Source: the human T2T-CHM13v2.0 reference genome, Homo sapiens
Assembly (NCBI RefSeq): GCF_009914755.1
Contig: NC_060928.1
Direction: 5' to 3' (one strand)
Length of the DNA stretch: 64,000 nucleotides
Shown here one piece after another: positions 17,812-33,250 of this stretch (positions are counted from its first letter, which is position 1; every line of letters starts with the position of its first letter). The notes beneath the pieces were generated by a model. The model ran no database searches. It was not told the origin of the DNA and saw only the letters and a program-made list of their open reading frames with translations. A program made the position numbers and the translations under genes.

Positions 17812-18759
17812 CAAATATTATATTAATATGAATATGTCAGTTAACATTACTACTTGAATTTTATGAAAAGGGAAAGGTAAAGCTCAAAGAATTAATTTGT
17901 TCCAAGTGATCTTACTATAAAGAGAGAGATAGAATTAGGAGCAGGATCAGTGGAGAACCTCATCCTCTCCACAATACCCTGTGGGCTTTGCTTCCTCCAG
18001 GCTTAAGCCCCCTTTTTTTTTTTGGCTCAACAAAGAGAGATTCCAGTGCTAGATGTCAACACAGAATCTTCATGGCACACAGAGTGAAAAAAGGAAAGAC
18101 AAATGAATATGATGGCTCTAGTTTGCACAGAATAACTAATAGTATCAACACCCACCACTAACAGTCATAGAACTCTGTATTTATATGCCACTTCAGACAT
18201 CGCCGCAGATGTGATCTCCTTCTGATTTTTACTTTACAAACAGTTACTAAGAGGTGTCAGTTTTATTTTCTTCATTTCACAGATTTTTTTCTTGAGACAA
18301 ATTTGTTTTGCACCCAATGGATTGGGAAAAATTAAAAGTTTGTCAAAAACAACTGTTGGAGAGGATGGGGAACAATGGGGACTCACACACTGTTGGTGAG
18401 ACTAATTAATGTCTACTTCGGAAAACACATCTAGGGCAGTTGAAGAGATGTGCATATCCTAAGACAGAGCAATTTCAGTCTTATGAAGGGAAATGATCAC
18501 ATTTTATACATGGGACAACATCTATACTAGTGTTGATAGCATAATAATATTCACAAGAGGAAAAACTAGAAACCACCTAAGTGATCATATTTAATCATGG
18601 AATAAAATTATTGTCATAGTAACGCAATGGAAATGAGCTAATTACATCTGTACACATCAGCTCAGTGGCTCTGGGGTTCACAACAGCTAAGTCACAGTGC
18701 CACAATATCACAGTATCGTGACTTACCTGTTTATTTTATAATTCTGAAAGTGCTCTTAC

Positions 18760-18800
18760 CTCTGTTTTGCACACTGTGGTTGCTTGTCGTGAATGAAGAA
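18760..18800 (-). CDS. CLNK: CLNK coding exon (41 nt): (S)SSFTTSNHSVQNR(D)
   Basis: tttcttatag|TTCTTCA...AACAGAG|gtaaga; phase 2 to 1. Confidence 0.94.
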
Positions 18801-19945
18801 CTATAAGAAAATATGTTAAAATTCAAAGAATGTTAGTATTTCCCCTTGGTGGTAAAATTCCACTCAGAGGCAAGGTCAATGATAATAGCCTGAAGTCACA
18901 GTTATAAAGCACTTTATATTTTACTGGATATGCTAGAAGAATCATTTGTTTTGAAAAGCACTAGGAGGCATGTTATCCTCCTTTCTCAAGCTGGCTATAT
19001 TAGACGTGGAACAAACTGACCATATAAGTTCTTCTCATGTCTTTTCAGTGAGCACGTATCATTATTCTTTACTTTTTGAAGCCATGAGTTTAAACTTGCT
19101 TTGTAGCTACAGTCACTATGGAAAAGAACATTTTGCTGGTGGGGGCTCATAATCTATAGAAACTATTTACCAATTGAAAGTCAACCATAAAGTGGAAGAA
19201 GAATATAGAAATTATTGTATTCCTTCTAGAAATTTGTGCTGAGTAAGAAAACTTAGTGGATTATGATAAGAAAAACCCCAAAGAAAAAGAGATTATAAAA
19301 CTATAAGACAAACAAAATAACAATATGCATTTCTAAATACAAAAATGATATTATCAAGACTGTTCATCAGTGGCTTTTCTTAGCACTCTACTTAATACTT
19401 AGCTCTAATTTTCTGGTTCATTTTGTATTGTGGTCAGCATCATCAACATAAGCTCCAGGTGCTACCACAGTTAAATCTAATTACATGAGTGATGCTCTAT
19501 TCCAAGGACTGTGCTATTGACTAAAGCCTCTGGGTTAATTAAATGAAACCTGATCCATTTCTAGTGCCAATGAAATCACCTGAGCATATATCTGGTTTAT
19601 GTTGTCACCATAAAAGCCTGAGGTCATATGTCTTGCTTTGTGGATAAAAACGCAAGCAGTTCATCCAGCCACCATACTATGCTGTCACCGCCAGTCAGAC
19701 TGCTACTGAAATTCAAGATTTGACTCCGTTAAAACCAGAATCCTTTTACTAGCAGCCAGTGTACAATTCTGTTAAATGTCTGGGAAAAAATAGGGAATAG
19801 CAAAATTTCTCTGCGCTAATAGTATAGGATTTTTAGAAAATGTTGAAAAGAATAGAAATATCCTCTTGAGGATATTCTAGAAGTACATAGTTGATATGAA
19901 TATAAGGGGAAAAAATAAAAACAAAATAATGAAAATGAAAATTAA

Positions 19946-21550
<1,605 letters not shown>

Positions 21551-21705
21551 CTTTATGTAATAAATGAAACAAACAAACAAATAAAAGAAGTGAAACCACA
21601 TCAAATAACTATTACAGAAATGAGGCCAACTGGAGAGCTTGTTATTTTTTCACTATAATATAATGTGTACATTTTTTACTTTTAGAAAATTACATTAAGA
21701 AAGGG

Positions 21706-21979
21706 GGCCAGGCATGGTGGCTCATGCCTGTAATCCCAGCACATTTGGGGGCCAAGGTGGGTGAATCACTTGAGCCCAGGAGTTCGAGACTAGCCTGGGC
21801 AACATGGTGAGACCCCTTCTCTACAAAGAGTACAAAAATTAGCTGGGCATGGTGGCATGTGCCTATAGTTCCAGCTACTCTGGGGGATGATGTGGGAGGA
21901 TCACTTGAGCCCGGGAGGTCAAGGCTGCATTGAGATGTGATTGTGCCACTACAAGACAGAATAAAACCCTGTCTCAAAG
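21706..21979 (+). mobile_element. AluJ
   Basis: cacttgagcccaggagttcgag, ggtcaaggctgca. Confidence 0.92.
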
Positions 21980-22086
21980 AAAAAGAAAGAAAGAAAGGAA
22001 GAAAGGAAGGAAGGAAGAAAAAACAAAAGAAAGAAAGAAAGAAAAGAGAAGAGGAGGAGGAGGAGGAGGAGGAGGAGGAGGAGGAT
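21980..22086 (+). repeat. Purine-rich tail expansion (GAAA/GGAA)n followed by (GAG)n
   Basis: Read directly; about 11 GAG units at 22051-22085. Confidence 0.9.
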
Positions 22087-23046
22087 GATATTGTGGTATG
22101 GGGAAGAGTTTTGTATTTAAGCTGTTTGGGACTTAAACACCAGACAGTCCCCAAAGCACAATGAAGCTACATGTCCTAGTACCCACAGGCCAAGAAATGA
22201 GAATAAAATTACTGAAGGTGCCAAATGGGACCAGAGAAGAAAGTAAAGGAGCAGAAAGGCATAGGGTATGGTGATCATGCCCCGATATACAGGGCCTGGC
22301 AATAGCAATGAGAGTGAATGTTCGTTGGGCTCTTGCAACATGCCTGACTCTGCCCTAAGTTTCTCATGTAATACAGTGAGGTCGCCCAAGTCACATGGTT
22401 CACTGCTGAAAAAGTCAGGCAGCCTGGCTTCAGTGGATCCTGCTTAACCACTATTCTGTTCCACCACAAACATAGTACATTCCCAGTAAATAATTATTGA
22501 ATCAATTAAAGGGAGCTTTTTAGCAGGCACCAGGGATAGTCAGGATTTATGGGCTGCATTTTTAGACTCAAGTCCTTATGGGCAGCACTGGCTACTGAAC
22601 AGTGCTTGGGCTTTGAGGTTGGGCTTGGCTTCAGTGGTAAAGGGCTCGGTCTTTCCCAGCTTCATGTTTTTCATCTGAAGAATGGAGGCAAATTATCTCC
22701 TGGATTCATTAAGCTTTAAGCTGGGGTTCCATGGAGGAATAGGAGTGTTCCAATAGGGAGAGGGTGGAGAGGAGCAAATACGGGGGGAGGGGCTACAGGC
22801 AGGAGAGTGGTGTGTGCCAGTGCCATGCATTAAGTGGCATTGTGGTTGCTGGCAGGCATCTGACGAGGCTGCAGTGCCGAGAGTGAGAGGAAAGTGGCTT
22901 GAACTGAGGTCAGAGCCACTGGCCGGAGTGAGATCATGAGGGCCTTACAGCACTAATACTGGAGGCCCTGGATTTTGTTTTAGGGCAGTCACTACTAATT
23001 TAGTGACTTTGGTCAATAAATATCCTGACTGAGCCTTGGCTTCTTT

Positions 23047-23330
23047 TCTTTATAGAGTGTCACTCTGTCGCCCAGGCTGGAGTGCAGTGGCGCCATCTTG
23101 GCTCACTGCTAGCTCTGCCTCCCGGGTTCACGCCATTCTCCTGCCTCAGCCTCCCGAGTAGCTGGGACTACAGGCACCCGCCACCACACTCGGCTAATTT
23201 TTTTGTATTTTTAGTAGAGACGGGGTTTCACTGTTTTGGCCAGGATGGTCTCGATCTCCTGACCTCATGATCCACCTGCCTCGGCCTCCCAAAGTGCTGG
23301 GATTACAGGCGTGAGCCACCGCGCCCGGCC
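23047..23330 (-). mobile_element. AluY with almost no poly(A) tail
   Basis: TSD agccttggcttcttt at 23032 and 23332. Confidence 0.93.
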
Positions 23331-23806
23331 AAGCCTTGGCTTCTTTAACTCTTCAGTTGGATTGACAGTTGTCACAATAAGCGGAGCAGGCAGGTATCTA
23401 ATCTGATGATGGCATTTTCAACAACACTTGGTCTTCTAGCCATAAATTGCTGTTCAGAAGTAACTAAAGCTTTGGTGTGGTCATCAACCCTGAATAGTTT
23501 GAAACAACAAACTTTTCCTCCCAGGTTGATTAGCATCTTTTCCCGTTAATCCTATCTGGTTAATATTTAATCCTTAAAATTTCCCAAACTTCTTTAACAC
23601 TCAATCAATCATTTATAAATTTCCAAAAGAACAACATTATTAACATCAATAACAGCTGTGATTCACAAGTTTCTCTTGAGCCTTATTATTGGGCTTCAGA
23701 AACAAAGACTTTCGTTTCTCAGAAAGTCTTTGTGATCATTTATCTGAGACAGCACATGGCCTGACCCCTCAGCCTCAGACCTGAGAAAGGATTCCTGGCT
23801 CCTTAC

Positions 23807-23888
23807 CTGCTAATGGCAAGTGGAATCTCTTGAGTATTTTGGTTTTCTAACAGATGAGTTGATTCAGGCTTCCTCTGGTTATGAGGAA
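23807..23888 (-). CDS. CLNK: CLNK coding exon (82 nt): (V)PHNQRKPESTHLLENQNTQEIPLAIS(S)
   Basis: ttttatatag|TTCCTCAT...ATTAGCAG|gtaagg; phase 1 to 2. Confidence 0.95.
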
Positions 23889-24217
23889 CTATATAAAACA
23901 GTGACATAATTTGGTCAGGTTGCAAAAGAAAAATAATTGAGAACCATTAGAAGCCCACTGGAACTACTATAATTTCCTCCAAGTAATCTCTGATTATTAG
24001 AAGGGGGCTCTTGATGGTCGGTGGAAACTATAACTCATGTATTCTACGGCTCTTCTGGCTCCTCAGAATGACTTTTGCTCTGAGGTTATAAAAATCACTT
24101 TTAATATTTACAAGCTAGAACACATCATTGAACCTCCCAAAAATACAGAATATTACATTGGAAGGTATTTAGGGATTATTCTGGACCCGTGATTTTAAAA
24201 GATTTTTAGCTTCCTCC

Positions 24218-24545
24218 TCATTCATTCATTCATTTATATCATTCGACAAACATTTACTGAATAGCTACTATGGGACAAGTACTCTGCCAGAGTCTGGGAA
24301 TACAGTGGAGAAAAAGACAGACATGGTTCGTACATTCTAATGAAAGGAAACAGAAAATAAGCATGCAAGTAAGTCGATAAGAACATTTCTATTAGGCAGT
24401 ACCGATGATATAAAGGAAATAAAGTACTACTTTGGGATACAGAGTGACTATACGTATGGCTAAAAAAGACCTTTCTGAGAGATGGCATTTGAGCTGAGAT
24501 CTTAAGAAGAAGAAAGTTAAACAAAAGGACTGTTCTGGCAGATGG
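24218..24545 (-). mobile_element. L2 3' end fragment
   Basis: (ttca)n, caaacatttactgaatagctactatg...ggaatacagtggagaaaa. Confidence 0.7.
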
Positions 24546-26041
24546 AGGAGATTGGGGTGCACAGCTCATCATGGCGCTTGTATTCTCACGCCCTCTTGTG
24601 ACAGGGCAGGTGAGCTCCTAGGGTTCTCACGTAGACCAGCAGTCCCTAGCTAGGTTCCGACCAGGGATACAGTTTCTCAATTTTTTCCCCCCTCGATCAT
24701 CAAGTTTTTAAAAGTTCTGCCAACCATACAATCTGGAGTTATTTAGTAATTACATATGCAATTTATGTTCCTGCTTTTTATTTTCTTTTCATCACAGATA
24801 GATTTAACTAGCCATCCAGAATTGCCAAGGGCACATCATAATACTATGATATAAAATCTCATAAAACACTCTCCCAGCTGTGACCGTAAGTAATAAAGCT
24901 AAGGGTGCATACAGGCACCAACATGTTTTAATTGTGCTTGTTGCTCTGTACTCTGCCCAAGGTTCATCACAAACTGGATACCTTTGATCGAAGGACCGTG
25001 ATTACTTGAAATGTGAGTCAGTGACTGGTCCATGAATCATGCATCCCATAAAATCATTTCATGTCATCAATAGCGACCCAGAGTATCTGCCCCTCTTGAG
25101 CTGAACAATGCCACATTGTTGTGTTAATAATCATTGTTGTGTTGCCTGATGAAACAGTACCTGAACATTTTAGTTAGGAGGTTGAGCTGTATTGTCGGAA
25201 AGGGCATGGTTTCAGTTAGGTTTTTGAATTATTTAGGCCTGCCAACAACTCCTACTCCTCCATCAGGGACCCATGGGGAATCCATAAACCCAAGTTAGGC
25301 CTCACTTCAAGTTTAGCTTTGTCAATATGCAGAGAAGAGCAGACCTGAGCCTCACAAATGAAATGCAACTTGACCAAAACCACTCAGTGATTTGGTGGCA
25401 GGCCTCTGAAATCCTAACCTAATGTTGCTCTGTTGAACGATGCTGTCTTTTGTGAACTCTTTGGGCTGTGATGCAGGCCCTTTGGCTCTGGACATAATTC
25501 ATCATTCTAGAAGAATGGAGAACAGTATTTCACAGGTGAATATGAAAGTACTACCTGCTTAGCATCCTGCCATTTAGGATATGAGTGACTGTTGGATTGC
25601 ATGCTTGCATAATGACACCAACACTTTAGAGGTATGGGCACGTGTGTACATGTATGTGTGTGTGTGCATGAAAGAGCCACGTGTGTGTGCATGGGTGACA
25701 TCAGAGGCAGAGATCCCAAGAGCTTTTTTGGAGCAGGGGACTAGTTATGTCTTTCCAAAGTGGCAGAGGGTGACAGTGTAATGCCTTTTGGACAGTAGCA
25801 TATGGCTAAAGAAAGACATCTGGCCTATCCTGGATTTAAATCACCCTGTTTAGACTAGAGGACTCTGAGGTCCTGGGGATGTATGTGTGTGCATCAGGAT
25901 CACGTCATCGTTCACACACATACATCCCCATCCCAGGCTTCCAAACAATCAATCCTTTTTAATAACCATGAGCACTGTAGATCTAGAAAGAGAACCTAGT
26001 CTATTAGTATTAGGGTAAGAAAACAAATGTAAACAATTCAC

Positions 26042-26060
26042 CTTTTTCTGCTTCAAGGAC
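26042..26060 (-). CDS. CLNK: CLNK microexon (19 nt): VLEAEK(V)
   Basis: ttcaatacag|GTCCTTGAAGCAGAAAAAG|gtgaat; phase 0 to 1. Confidence 0.92.
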
Positions 26061-26269
26061 CTGTATTGAATTAAAAAAAATAAAATTTACTGACTCTTGA
26101 TGACAGAGAATTTAATATAACACCATGTGTGTTTTTAGAGCATTTGGTTGGCAGACTTTTGGTAAAACTTTTGTTAGCATAGTTCGTAGTTTTAAAAAAA
26201 TCTACAAATAATTCTTCATAAAACTAAACAAAAATCAAAATTTTGTAATCAATGTGCGAAGGAACAGAC

Positions 26270-26815
26270 AAGTCCACAGTCGGCTGATGGGACTATCAAT
26301 TGCTTTTACGCTTTTAGAAAGGAATTTACCATAATTATCAAAAACCTTAGAAATACTCTTATTCTTATCTCAATAATTCCATTGATGAGACTCCTTTTCT
26401 AAGATACAACCTGAAATCTGAGCCAAGTTCTATGCACAAAGATGTTCATTGCATCATTACTTTTACAGAGTTAAATCACTGGAAACAATCTATGTGCCCA
26501 GATAACTGAAAATTAATTTTGGTGCTATACTCACTTATTGGAATATTATAAAGACATTGTAAGTATTTATGTAGAGAATGAAATAAGATTATACTGTAAG
26601 TAGGCACCCATGTTACATTAAAAGTTTGGAATAAAAACTGGACCCATGATATATTTTTATGCAATTATATTTTATATCCATGTATATTTGTGTGTATGCA
26701 GAAAAAATGATTTGAAGTGATATGATAAACTATTAAAGGTTGTACTTAAGCAATAAGGCTACGGTTAATTTTTTCTTTATACTTGCTCTGAAATTTCTAT
26801 TTTTAAAAATAAGCA
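26270..26815 (+). mobile_element. Old L1ME-like 3' fragment
   Basis: caataattccatt...tgcacaaagatgttcattgcatcatt...ctggaaacaatctatgtgccca; boundaries approximate. Confidence 0.55.
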
Positions 26816-27929
26816 TGGAAATATTCACATTATCCTTTTTAAATGTAGCCATTTATCTTCCCAAACATTTTCTTTCTCTTTCTTCCTTATGGTGGTAGAA
26901 TTCTTGATCATCCTTCATTATGGAAATGTTCATGCTTATTGGGCTTGTATCTTTGGGCCCTATTCTACTCTACCCTTGAAGAAGCAAAAAGCATTACAGT
27001 AGATACAGTGTTTGCTGTAGTATTTATTTAACTGCAAATAATTTTATGAAGTCCATTTATATATTGCATCAGTTGAAGAAGACCTCAGGTATCATTTAGA
27101 TAAGAACTGCTTTAACCAGGGGGATGAAAGAGATCATTGAATGGCCTGATGGGGTCCATGAACCTTCTGCAATGAAAAGCTAAATTTTTTTCTCTATAAG
27201 TATGTGCATATATTTTTTCTTTTTCTGGGGAGATAAAGGTTTATTATACCTTTCATCAAATTTTCAAAGTAGTGTGAGGTCCATTAAATGTTAAAAACAG
27301 TTGGTTTACAGATGAGGTCCCAAAGGGTCATGCCATTCTCCTAGATTCCTGCAGTCATCTGAAGGCTAAACTAACCCTGAGCCCAGCTCTCCTGACTCAT
27401 AGTTGCTTCATAGATAAGAAACTTTTGGCAACAAATTGCTTAGAGAGGCATTGTATGCCTCCCTCTGAAGCTAGCCAACAGAGAAGGCTTTTTATTTCAA
27501 AGACTTTGGCATTCCCTAGGATTCTGGAAAGAGGACATACATTTCATTATGGACAGAAAATCAAAGAAAATCTATAGGCTAAGTAAAAAGAGTAATGAAT
27601 CCATTCTAGTGGGTGGTTTGAAAGTATCCCTACTGAGTCTCCCCCAGGACTTTGAACCTGGCTGTTCAAAGTGCTCAATCGGATGCAGTGATTGCTCTCA
27701 GGCTTGTCAAAGGGGAGAGGAAGAGGAGATGAGAACAGTGCAGAGAAGCCCTCTATCTGGGGGAGCAGTTGTTTTATTTAATTGAGACCAACCAACTTTT
27801 GGTTTGAGGGCTCTGAATTTAAAATCAAATGTAGTTAGAAAAGTAGCATGAAATTGCTCATTTTTCTTCTGTAACTTTTTTATTGTTAGAAAATAAACAT
27901 AGTCAAGTTAAATAGTAGTATCTCTTTTA

Positions 27930-28045
27930 TTACCTCTCTCCCTCTTTCTCCTTCCTTTTTTCTTTTCCTTTTTCCTCCCTCCTTCCCTTTTCCTTCCTCC
28001 CTTTCTTTCACCTTCTCTGCCCCCTCCTTTCATTCCTTCCTTCCG
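27930..28045 (+). repeat. CT-rich low-complexity tract
   Basis: Read directly. Confidence 0.85.
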
Positions 28046-29378
28046 TATTCTTTTTAGTTATTTTAGTTCAGAGCTAATTCTGTATTTTTTTTAAGGCAGA
28101 GAGACACGGCGGTGGGGAAGACACCTAGACTTCGGGATTTCCAGGACTGGCCCTATCTCCTGCTGGGTGTGAGGACTCTGGCCAAGTTTGCCACCTCTCC
28201 GGGGTTTCATTTTTCTCTTAGGGCTTTGTGAGTACAAAATGAGACAATGAGTCTTTCCTTTCTGTGAAAACTATAAAATGCCATATGAATTTGAGCAGAG
28301 GGAGGTAGCACATAAAAGATTCTAGTCCACAAGACAGTGTTCAAGCAAGCACTGAGCGCAGGCACAAGCACAGCTTGCCCTGATGGGCTTTTGTTATGAA
28401 GAAATGGTCTTGAATCTCAGCCTAAACAAACAATGGGGAAGCGTCTTGGCAAAAGATAAGGAGCAAGAATGTGTTTTTGCACTAGACCTTCTTGTTCTTT
28501 AGATGATATCAACTTCTAGCAGAATGCCAACTAAAGTTGCAAAGAAAACAAACAGTTCTGCACATTTCCTGCCATCTAAGGCTGACCCCCCATCTCCCAA
28601 TTCTTTTTTGCCTGTTTGTGATTGGAGGGCCTACTGTCCTCTCAGACTGACCAAAGGGTTATGATTTGCGGTCATCGTCATCGTGAGCAGCACCCAACTA
28701 CTACTCGAGATACCCAGGCCTAGCTTACAGGAAGCAGGGGACGGAGTCCTGTATTCAGGCACCTTGGATGTGTGGGTTCCCCCAGCAGCTGAGCATCACC
28801 CCAGCCTGCTCCTTCCAGGTGACACTAAGGAAGTGCAACCCCTCCCAGAAGAGCATGAGCCTGGTGAAGTCCTCAGTGGAACCAGAACTGTTCTTCTCGT
28901 CAAGCAGTTATCTATGTTATCTTTCTTGGCACGATTGTCTTATGGATTAGGGAGATTAGGGGTAATAAATGTCTCATTTGAGTGACAAGCTGGAAATGTG
29001 ACTTTTTGATTTTAACATTCTCATAAAACCAACAAATGAAAAAGAAAGCAAGGAAAGACATTCACGTCTACTATATAGATAAGAGCATAGGTCAAACACA
29101 AAGACAAGAACAAAATTCCTTAGAGTCCAGTGGGAGTGAGGTGAGGCCACTTGTGTTGTTGGACAGTCTTCATCAGTCATGGTGACCCCACTATCCTCGT
29201 AGGGAACTTTGTCTTTGGGCACTGAAGGGAGTCAATACCCTTGGAAGGCTCTACTATAGGTTTATCTCACATGACTTTTATGCCATTTATTTAGCCTCCA
29301 CTGATCACCTGGCCATTTGTGCACTACTTACTTTTGACTTTATCACATCAACTTTGCACAGAAATGTACCCATCCCTA

Positions 29379-29706
<328 letters not shown>

Positions 29707-30221
29707 CCCATCCCTATTTTATGGCTGAGGAAACAGAAACTGGGATGAGTAAGAGCATTTTCTGAAGTTCACAAAGCGAGTAGGTGGCACGGCAGGATTC
29801 CTACCCAGGTCTTGTGCAACTTTGGATCTCATATTCCTTCTACTTTGCATTCCTGTATTTCTTATGAAGGACAAATAGCAAAGTGCAATACCATTTCTAA
29901 CACTTGATTTCTGTAATGCTGAAGGCTGGAAGCCATCAGTCGATACTGTATATCTTCCATGTGGAACTGGGCACGTTCTTCCTATAACAAATGAACCCTG
30001 AATGACCATGGTGGCCAAACAGGATCTTGGTTTAAAATCTGGAGCTAAGCTTGTTTTACTTTGGCTTTCTTATCTTTAAAATAGAGATACTAATGCATTT
30101 TGAGCATAGCTATTGTGAGAACTAAGTGTAAGTATCTGAAGCAAATAGAATCTTGCCTATTGCAGACATTTAATGCCTCAAAATTCCCTTCTTTGCTTCC
30201 AAGGATAAAATTGCTACTTAC

Positions 30222-30249
30222 CTCACTTAAGTCCCTTAAGCTTATCTGA
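30222..30249 (-). CDS. CLNK: CLNK microexon (28 nt): (S)QISLRDLSE
   Basis: tttcttgcag|TCAGATAAGCTTAAGGGACTTAAGTGAG|gtaagt; phase 2 to 0. Confidence 0.93.
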
Positions 30250-30941
30250 CTGCAAGAAAAAGAAATACGGTGTTACATAAAACACAGTTCATAATGACCA
30301 AGATAAAATCATTCTGAGCCTTACAAACCTTTCATTACATTTTCATTGCCAAATTAACAGCCCATAGTCCAGTGAGATATTTATCACTCTTCCATAAAAC
30401 TAAAGCCAGGTTATTTTTCTCATAATTTTCTAAGGAAAAGACAAAGTTAAGAGCCAAAATAAAAGGTGGTGATAGAAAGGACATGAATAAACGTGCATCT
30501 TATTTTGGGAGAAATTAAAAAATCATCATTTCTCCTGACATTTGATTTCCTACGTCAAGTTTCATTGGCACAGTCAGACCTATTATTAACTTGGTTTTAA
30601 AGCTCTTAGTTTTTCACTTTGAGGGAACATAAAGAGTTTTCAATATGAAGCTGTCAGGTGCAGTGGGGTCTCAGGAAAGCAAGTGTAAGAGAGAATGCTG
30701 ATAAAGAACGAAGATCTGAGACAGGAGAAAAACATAAAATTGAATGGTAGAGAAAAAATCCAACATGGAATTGAATAATATGAATTTTGGAAAGGTCTCT
30801 GACTAAACTTCAAGCTTTTCATTTTATCAGCAAGTCAATTAACTTCTCTAAACCTCACTTTTTTTCATCTGCAAAATGGCAACAAGAGTGCTCATGAGTG
30901 TTAATGTGAGAATTGCTAGAAATAAAAAGTAACAAAGTTGG

Positions 30942-31250
30942 GGCCTGGTGCAGTGGCTCATGCCTGTGATCCCAGCACTTTGGGAGGCTGAGGCAGGCTG
31001 ATCACTTGAGCTCAGGAGTTCCAGACCAGCCTGGCCAACATGGTGAAACCCTGTCTCTACTAAAAATACAAAAATTAGCCGGGTGTGATGACACATGCCT
31101 GTAGTCCCAGCTACTCGGGAGGCTGAGGCAGGAGAGTAGCTTGAGCCCAGGAGGTGGAGAGATTGCTGTGAGCTGAGATCATCCACTGCACTCCAGCCTG
31201 GGTGACAGAGCGTGACTCCATTTCAAAACAAACAAACAAACAAACAAAAA
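30942..31250 (+). mobile_element. AluS/J with (CAAA)n tail
   Basis: TSD aacaaagttgg / aacaatgttgg. Confidence 0.93.
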
Positions 31251-33032
31251 ACAATGTTGGGCATTCAGTGTGCATCGTTGTCAGAATGTGGTCAAAGTTT
31301 GGTGAAGAAACTATGAAGGGAGTGGAGTGAGGGTATATGTTCCACTTCCCCAGTTCTGTCAGTGAAAACACTGGATCTGAAGAATATGGGAGTATTAAGT
31401 GTGCAACACTGATCACAGTTGAAGGCTATTGATCTAGAGTTTTAGGAGTCAGGCTATATCAGGATTCCAGAAACACACAGTACTCAGATGCTAGATCCCA
31501 GTGTCGGATCTGCAAGCAACAGGCAACTGTACCAAGGTTCCACGGTTTTAGCCTCTTACATCTTACCCCCTGCCTCCCGCTTTTAGTTGGAAACCTGAGA
31601 AGACAAAAGAGATCTGAATAGAGGTAATGAAGTAGAACAAACACCCAGAGTATTAATTATTTTGGGGTTAAAATGTGGCTAATCTCAGTATTTAATGTTT
31701 AAGAAGCCAGTGTATTAAAGATACTGAAAGATTGGCTGTAGGGCTTCAATTTAAAATGTAGATTTGAAGTTACAAGTGTCAAGATGTGTTTGTCTCCATT
31801 TTAAAGAGTTTGAAGTGTTTAAGATAAATTAAAATTTTCTATATTTATACATTTACTTTCTTGGATTTACAGAAATTGTTAAAGTTTTGCTGGCTAGCAT
31901 TTAAACCTACCCTGTCAACATTAGAAGTACTTAAAAATCAAAGAAATTAAATTTATAAATATATTTCAAATATTTAAGGAGATTTAAATGAGTTTGTTAA
32001 ACAGTTTTACTAAGATTCTTTAACCTATTTGACTTGAGTTGGTTGAACATTTGTTGAAGACTAAGCAGAGTGATTGTCTTTCTGTTTGGATAAAATCACC
32101 TGATTTATAAATAGAGCAGTGCACTTTATAGATGGAAATCTGAGGCTTCAGGAAAGCTCGGGTTTGGAATTTGCAGCTTTAATCAATGGAATTTTCACTG
32201 AGAACCCAAGTGATTGTAAGAAGGCATTTCTGTGTAGACCAGAGTTTCTTACTCTTTGAGAGCTTTGAACACATGTGTGTCCAAGTTCTGTCTGCTGAAG
32301 ATGGCGAAAAAAACCATGGTCATTAATTTTTTTCACATTTTTTCCTATGCATAAGAGGTCCTCATTATAAATGTAAAGATATTACCTTTTACTATAAATA
32401 TAGGTCTCTCCAGGAATCCCTTAGTTTTTGGCTTAGTTTTAAATGAATTGAATTTGATTCTTGCTCTGTCATCTGTGGGCTCTGTCACCCTGGATAAGTT
32501 AAATTCTCTCTCTGAAGCTTAGTTTTCCCACCTGTAAAACTGATAAATCTAGACAGTAGTGAAGAGAATTGCTGAAGATTCTAATGAAAGAATGTGACGT
32601 GAAAGCTATTTGGAGTGAAATAACACTCTACATTTGCAGAACATTTTAATGTTCACATTTGCTTTGAAATTAAACTTTTTATCCTGAGATAAAATTATGG
32701 ATTTTTTATCCTTAGATAGAATTATGGATTCCCATGCAGTTGTAAGAAATAATACAGAGAGTTCCTATGTGCCCTATACCCAGTTTCCCCCAATAGCAAC
32801 AACTTGGAAAACAATAATAATGATGTTTATACTTTAAAATCAATACTTTCCATTCATAAATACAAATGTGTATATCTCTATAACCGTACTTTCTCTTTTA
32901 AAAGACCACGGTTTCTCGATATCTATAAAGACTTTTTGTTTTCACTTCCCAAATCATCAGAGCATACATTTTTGCGACAGAGATTGTTTGAATTGATGTG
33001 ATGCCAGCATTGCTGGTTGTAAAGAGAAAACT

Positions 33033-33179
33033 GGCTGGCCGTGTTGCTTCACACCTGTAAATCCAGCACTTTGAGAGGATAAGGCGGGCGGACTGCCTGA
33101 GGCCAGGAGTTTGAGACCAGCCTGGACAGGAGTGTTAGAGAGACCCCTGTCTCTACTTAAAAAAAAGAAAGAAAGAAAG

Positions 33180-33246
<67 letters not shown>

Positions 33247-33250
33247 AAAA
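33033..33250 (+). mobile_element. Alu left monomer (FLAM-like) with (GAAA)n tail
   Basis: Monomer 33033-~33160 followed by about 20 GAAA units. Confidence 0.85.
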
